DNA from: Paramicrosporidium saccamoebae KSL3 | Lineage: Eukaryota > Fungi > Cryptomycota | Length of the DNA stretch: 12,082 nt | Assembly (NCBI GenBank): GCA_002794465.1 | Contig: MTSL01000022.1 | Span: 1 to 12,082, forward strand | Direction of reading: 5' to 3' | Part shown: positions 7,201-12,082 of the stretch, piece after piece | Layout: every line of letters begins with the position of its first letter | How positions within the stretch are numbered: the first letter of the stretch is position 1 | Notes under the pieces: generated by a model | What the model was told of the DNA's origin: nothing | The model's input: only the letters and a program-made list of their open reading frames with translations | Databases searched by the model: none | Position numbers and translations under genes: made by a program

Positions 7201-9045
7201 TTGGTGAAACATTTGGAGAGTCTGCGTGTGCATTATGACGGCACTGTACGTGATAGCGACGGCGCCATATTGCAATTCCATTATGGTGAGGACGGTCTTG
7301 ATGTGGTGAAACAGAAATACTTGCGAAACTTTGGTTTCTGCGAATCAAACTTTGCTTTGATTGCCCAACAATGTCAACCAGCCCTTGCCTTGGGACGAGT
7401 GAACACTGAAACTGCAGTAAAGGCCGGAAAGAGGGCGTTGCGTAAGCCTGGAAAGTATGAGCCCGTCTTGGCTCGTTACTCTCCCCGCGTCTTCCTGGGG
7501 GCGGTTTCAGAGCGTTTCCAGGGCGGTTTGGACGCCTTCAATGTGGCCTCTGTTGATGCCACGCAATTCCGCGCCGTCATGTGGTTGCGATATATGCGAG
7601 CATTGGTGGAACCGGGAGAGGCAGTAGGTCTACTTGCCGCTCAATCCGTAGGTGAGCCGTCTACACAAATGACTTTGAACACTTTCCATTTTGCCGGGTT
7701 TGGAGCTAAAAACGTCACCTTGGGTATCCCTCGTCTGCGTGAGATTATTATGACGGCCTCGCAAAAGATTAAAACGCCCAGCATTACCATTCCATTACGG
7801 GCTGATGCAACGGTGACAGCTGAGGAATTGGCTAAACGAATGAGTCGACTGACATTGAAACAGCTATTGCAGGATATTCAAGTCACGGAACGCTATCTGT
7901 CGGCCCGCTTAGTCAATGCAGCCACAAATCTGGGAAAACGTGCTCACGTCTATTCAGTCACTCTGCAGTTCATCCCGGTTGTCGAATGTCTCGAGCAATT
8001 TGGATGCGAGCCGAGTGAAATCCAAACCGCAGTGGAAGGCAATTTCGTGGCCGTCCTTCTCAACGCCATTGAAAAGACGCTAAAACGCATGGGTAATCAA
8101 GGAAAAGACTTGATTTTGCGATCACGCGTTGAAAAGCCGGAACGGAGCGAAAAGAACGATGAGGCTGACAATGATCGTCCAGGTAAGGCTGATGATTCAA
8201 GTTCTGAAGAGGAATCAGAATCTGAAGGCGAGGCCAAGACGGAATTGCGGCGAATGACTGAGCTGCAGGAAGATGATTCAGACAATGCGGAGGATGTGGA
8301 TAACAATGAGTCTGATAATCCCGAAAATGGGGATATCTCCTCTAAACCAGAAGTCATTGCCCATACTGTTACAGAGGCTCGCAAGGACTCTTTATTGGGA
8401 CAGACGCGAATGATCCGCAATTATCGCTATGATCAACTTACCAACACAGTTGTCCTCGATATTGTCCATCCCGCCTCACATCCTAAATTGCTGCTATTGG
8501 ATATTTTGGAGCGTCATGTGGGTGATGTTGTAGTCCGTCAGATCCCCAATATTGTTCGCGTCTTTCCCCAGCGGGAGGACAATGCTCCCGTAGCCATTTC
8601 CACTGAAGGTGCCAACATCCCCGGTCTATGGGATCATCCCGCTACACAAAACTTGGATCTGCGCTCTCTGTTGTCCAATGATGTCCATGCCATTCTCACT
8701 CATTATGGTGTGGAGGCTGCACGTGCGACAATTGTGCGCGAAGTGGCTGCCGTCTTTGCCGTCTATGGTATCTCTGTTGATCCGCGCCATCTCGCCCTCA
8801 TTGCCGATTATATGACCTGTGGGGGTGGATATCGACCCTTTAATCGTATGGGTATGAGTACTGCGCCCTCTCCCCTTTTGCAGATGACCTTTGAGACCAC
8901 CTTGGGTTTCCTTCGTCAGGCCGCCCTAGTAGGCGAATGGGATGATCTCAAAAGTCCCAGTTCGCGCATTGTCATGGGATTGCCTGTTGCTCTTGGCACT
9001 GGATCCTTTGAGCTTCGCCAGCCCCTCCATGTAAGCGAGGCGTAA
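4216..9045 (+). CDS. RPA190: DNA-directed RNA polymerase I largest subunit (A190/RPA1), 1609 aa, intronless
   Basis: Zn-binding CGTC...CPGHFGH, catalytic NADFDGD (6031-6051), [22 protein letters not shown], bridge helix [22 protein letters not shown], and trigger loop [13 protein letters not shown]. Pol I-type features: MDVTRP-like N-terminus, [13 protein letters not shown], an acidic insertion near 8150-8340, and no heptad CTD. Confidence 0.97.
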   Translation: [1609 protein letters not shown]

Positions 9046-9240
9046 TTCATGTGAGCAAAGTGTAATCCCAATAGTTGAGATGCCTCTGGCTGAACTAGTT
9101 GTTTAGTCAAATATCTCTAGAATGAACTCTTTGTTCAATAAACTGTCTAGAATCTGTTATTTCTCGTCAATATGAAATTGTTATAACAATCCAGAATATG
9201 TTATTCTGTCAATTCATTTGTCGTACTCTTATTTGATTCA

Positions 9241-9320
9241 TTCTCCCTCTCCACTGCTCATCTAGCATCCCATCCCATCCCTATCTATCTGTCTCTTCTA
9301 CCCACTCCTACTCCTACCTT
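9241..9320. repeat. Low-complexity pyrimidine-rich tract with (CATCC)3, (TATC)2 and (CTCCTA)2
   Basis: Only 3 G in 80 nt on the + strand; lies between the convergent RPA190 and RPS7 3' ends. Confidence 0.8.
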
Positions 9321-9357
9321 AATGTTATGCGGTTTATTTTATATCATTATCCTCCTC

Positions 9358-9963
9358 TTACTTGCGACGAGGCTCCTCTTCCTGGACCATGGCAGCAGGG
9401 AACTCAAAGACAACATCCTTTCCGGTCAGCTTGCGGTACACGGCAGCCATAACCTCAGTCTTTCCCTCCAAAGTGGTCTGGTCCTTAGGGTCCAACAGCA
9501 CCTTCATCAATCGTGAGCCGTCCGTCTTGACGCGGATACGCTTTCCAACCACCTCAGTGGGGTACACCATATCCTCCAACCACGCCTCATGCACAGCCGT
9601 CAGCGTGCGAGAACGAGGACGCATCGCCTTTTCCGTGCGCTTAGGCTTGGCCACAATGCGACGGAATGCAACCAGCAGAATGCTGCGCTCGCCTCCAGCG
9701 CCCAGCTTCTTCTCCAACTCACGCAATACGCGCGATTGCACACGGCGCCAGCCCTTCAGCTGCGGCACCGGCACCAACACAACCACTGCCTTACGGCCGC
9801 CGGGAAGCTCTACTTCGCGCGCCCCGCGGATTTGCAGCAGACGCAGGTCTCCTGCCAGGTCGCTGTTAGTGGATTGAATGTCGAACAGCGCCTTGGCGAC
9901 TGTCAATTCGAGAGCACTGGCATTGGCAGCGCACGACGGCACGAGCTTCGAGTTGGCGTCCAT
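9358..9963 (-). CDS. RPS7: 40S ribosomal protein S7 (eS7), 201 aa, intronless
   Basis: Typical eS7 motifs: AREVELPGGRKAVVVLVPVPQLK, RELEKK, RPRSRTLTAVHEAWLEDMVYPTEVVGKRIRVKTDGSRL, AVYRKLTGKDVVFEFP. AATAAA on the minus strand at 9338-9333. Confidence 0.97.
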   Translation of the reverse strand: MDANSKLVPSCAANASALELTVAKALFDIQSTNSDLAGDLRLLQIRGAREVELPGGRKAVVVLVPVPQLKGWRRVQSRVLRELEKKLGAGGERSILLVAFRRIVAKPKRTEKAMRPRSRTLTAVHEAWLEDMVYPTEVVGKRIRVKTDGSRLMKVLLDPKDQTTLEGKTEVMAAVYRKLTGKDVVFEFPAAMVQEEEPRRK

Positions 9964-10518
9964 GGAATAAGTCTGCTGACGAAGAGGTCGGCCCCCGGTT
10001 CTAGCAAAAAATTAATACCCGACCAGGGTAAGAGGGTAGACTGGTCGTTATTGTAATCAATCGGTTGATTCTATTATGAGCTTCATGGAAAAGTCAAGTG
10101 TCTATCCATTACAGTGGGAGTTCTAGTAAAGACCGCTCATGAATCCACGGCCTCTTATAAGTCTTTATAGATTCCCATGAATATACATGTGGATCATCTC
10201 GTTCGTGATAGTAATAGTTAATCTATGCACACCTCGTAAGATAACAGTGAACTGAGACATTGGTCAGGTTCGCGTATCAGTGCATAACCTGCTAACCGGA
10301 TGTCATTGATGGACCAATCCGCTACGTTCCAAGAAAAGCGGTCCTTACATAAGTCTTAATCAGTTAAAGAAATCCTTCCTATAAAAGACGGTGTTTAATC
10401 AACAAAAAACAGTTCTTGTTTACAGTTAACGATAATCTAGGGAAAAGCGGAAACACTACATTCTATGTGGTCGGGTGTTTGAATATTTAATAGGCTCATC
10501 TGACCAGGGTACACAACA

Positions 10519-11697
10519 ATGGTCGTGTGGGTGGTAATACGCCTGCTCGCTGTGATAGCACTAGCTGGTACCTCACAGCCCATATCCGGGCTAGAACACT
10601 ATAGACTGCTACAACGAACGAGCGGAGGGCTTTCGACTTATGCTGGTCATTATCAGCCGATCTTTCATGAACCTCTCTTTCCAGAGTGTGATGGTAGACC
10701 ATGTACACGCCAAGACTTTAAGCATATCGAGACAATCTTTCAAGACGAAGAGACCCGTGTTATCCTTGCACAAAACCCTGCTACAAACAAGATGGTAGTC
10801 ATCAAAAGCATGCACAAAGCTTCCTTCATGTCAATAAGGATGGAAGAAATAGCTCTCTATGTGCTTAGGCATAAAAATATCTCGGATGGTATTTGCACCT
10901 TTCCCGATATAGAGGGAAAAACGGTAGATTTGGTTATGGAATTTGACACCAAGAAGACTCTTAAAATGTGGAAAGATGATCCTGAGGCTGCCAAAACCGA
11001 CTTTCTTCGAAATGTGGCTCGCCAGATGGTGGAGGTGATGATTTATCTGCACGACCATTACATCGTCCATAACGACATTAAGCCCTCCAATATTTTGGTA
11101 TCCGACGAAGGAGTGGTCAAGCTGATTGATTACGGTCTGGCCACTGTCTGTGCCCAAAATGGCCTCACGAAGGGAAGCGGCACTCCACTATACATGTCGC
11201 GGGAGAAATTAGCCGGACCTTACAATAACGGAGCGGATTGGTATGCACTTGGACTAACACTACTTGAAGTCAAGACGGGGAGGCATCCGTTTGATCATAT
11301 CACAGCAGTAAATGTCCTGGAGAAAACTGCCAAAAAAGGAATAGTTGTAAACACGGGTGATCCCTTGCTTGATGACTTTATCCAAAAGATTACCCATAAA
11401 GATCATAATCAACGTTGGAGTCATGCGAATGGGGATGCGCCTAAAATTCTAAGTCATCCATTTCTCGCGGATCCAAACAATTTGGCAGATCCAAGGTCCC
11501 AGCTCGAGTCTGGCGCAATGCCGAATCTCAAGGCAATGGGAAGGGCACCTATTTCGAATGGTGCAGTAACCAGTCGCCATAGCCGTGATGTGCGACGGGA
11601 AGATGCACGTCAGATTGTTTATTGTTCGATAGCACTGCTGCTTGTATGCTTATTGCGGCTCATGGTGGAATGGTCCACCACATTCGAGGGACAGTAG
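10519..11697 (+). CDS. Ser/Thr-type protein kinase with N-terminal signal peptide and C-terminal hydrophobic helix (392 aa)
   Basis: VVIK (K96), alphaC Glu (RMEE), HNDIKPSN (H184), DYG (D204), GTPLYMSRE, DWYALG and subdomain XI Arg. N-terminus MVVWVVIRLLAVIALAG; C-terminus QIVYCSIALLLVCLLRLMVEW. Start context ACAACAATGG; AATAAA at 11758-11763. Confidence 0.88.
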   Translation: MVVWVVIRLLAVIALAGTSQPISGLEHYRLLQRTSGGLSTYAGHYQPIFHEPLFPECDGRPCTRQDFKHIETIFQDEETRVILAQNPATNKMVVIKSMHKASFMSIRMEEIALYVLRHKNISDGICTFPDIEGKTVDLVMEFDTKKTLKMWKDDPEAAKTDFLRNVARQMVEVMIYLHDHYIVHNDIKPSNILVSDEGVVKLIDYGLATVCAQNGLTKGSGTPLYMSREKLAGPYNNGADWYALGLTLLEVKTGRHPFDHITAVNVLEKTAKKGIVVNTGDPLLDDFIQKITHKDHNQRWSHANGDAPKILSHPFLADPNNLADPRSQLESGAMPNLKAMGRAPISNGAVTSRHSRDVRREDARQIVYCSIALLLVCLLRLMVEWSTTFEGQ

Positions 11698-11852
11698 CCC
11701 TTATATGGAATCCTACAGAGTTAAAGGAATCCTTCATATAAGAGATGGTCCAGAGTTAATAAAAGCAGTTTGCATTTAGATTAAGGGATAATCTAGGCCT
11801 AAGCAGAACTACTACAGTGGCATGAGGTCGGATACATAATCGAGACTCATAT

Positions 11853-12058
11853 TGTCGCGTAGTGGGGATAATACCACAGACTTTGTCAGGCGGAAAGAGA
11901 CGAGATGGGACGAGAAGAGAAGAGAAGAGAACTTATTCAGTCAATCCAACGACCCGTTTATAGTCTCACAAATAAAATAATCCTCAAGTGGTAAGATATA
12001 GATCTCACTATCCTTGATCGATTGTTCTGGTTATCCCTTCTCCAAACTAGGGAACTAT
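11853..12058 (+). repeat. Dispersed direct repeat, copy 2 (block A 11853-11888, block B 11977-12058)
   Basis: Same alignment as copy 1 at 850-1047; this copy carries a purine-rich tract between the blocks. Confidence 0.9.
11892..11931. repeat. Purine-rich microsatellite, (GAAGA)3 plus CGAGA repeats
   Basis: GGAAAGAGACGAGATGGGACGAGAAGAGAAGAGAAGAGAA read directly; absent from repeat copy 1. Confidence 0.8.
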
Positions 12059-12082
12059 CCTCAAATACCCAACTAATCAGTC

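Noticed and set aside
4313-9110. Many short alternative-frame and antisense ORFs overlapping RPA190
   Set aside because: They are shadow ORFs of a long conserved gene, with no recognisable motifs.
9149-9213. Imperfect duplication AGAAT(C/A)TGTTATT..GTCAAT, 44 nt apart
   Set aside because: Two short AT-rich copies only; likely local slippage with no supportable function.
9322-10056. Long + strand ORFs (171 aa and 155 aa) antisense to RPS7
   Set aside because: Explained by the GC-rich codon usage of RPS7 (roughly 60% in sampled lines), which suppresses antisense stops; the translations are low-complexity and unrecognisable.
9964-10518. ncRNA or small gene in the RPS7-kinase spacer (small hairpins, CCAGGGTA at 10023)
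   Set aside because: Only short stems and a 16-codon ORF were found; no snoRNA, snRNA or tRNA signature was recognised.
11783-12039. 9-bp inverted repeat AAGGGATAA...TTATCCCTT as MITE termini
   Set aside because: No target-site duplication, and similarity between repeat copies extends past the right arm.

Overview
Compact eukaryotic genomic DNA, probably from a fungus or fungal relative. Short intergenic spacers, a 31-nt intron, AATAAA at or near every stop and a GGG motif before most ATGs suggest a reduced, possibly parasitic early-diverging lineage such as Rozellomycota; this is inference only. A housekeeping core consists of GOS1 (Golgi SNARE, minus strand, two exons), RPA190 (RNA polymerase I largest subunit, 1609 aa, intronless) and RPS7/eS7 (minus strand). 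It is flanked by two apparently lineage-specific secretory genes: a signal-peptide protein with 28-29-aa ankyrin-like repeats (1782..2816), and a protein kinase with a signal peptide, a C-terminal hydrophobic helix and no Gly-rich loop (10519..11697). The 3' part of an unknown membrane-protein gene enters from the left edge. Non-coding structure not shown by the ORF track includes a decayed second GOS1 copy (about 1284..1465), a 12 x 11-bp minisatellite in the GOS1/RPA190 divergent promoter, a ~200-bp block-conserved direct repeat near both ends of the window (850..1047 and 11853..12058), and strand-asymmetric microsatellite tracts. No tRNA, rRNA, CRISPR array or transposase was recognised.
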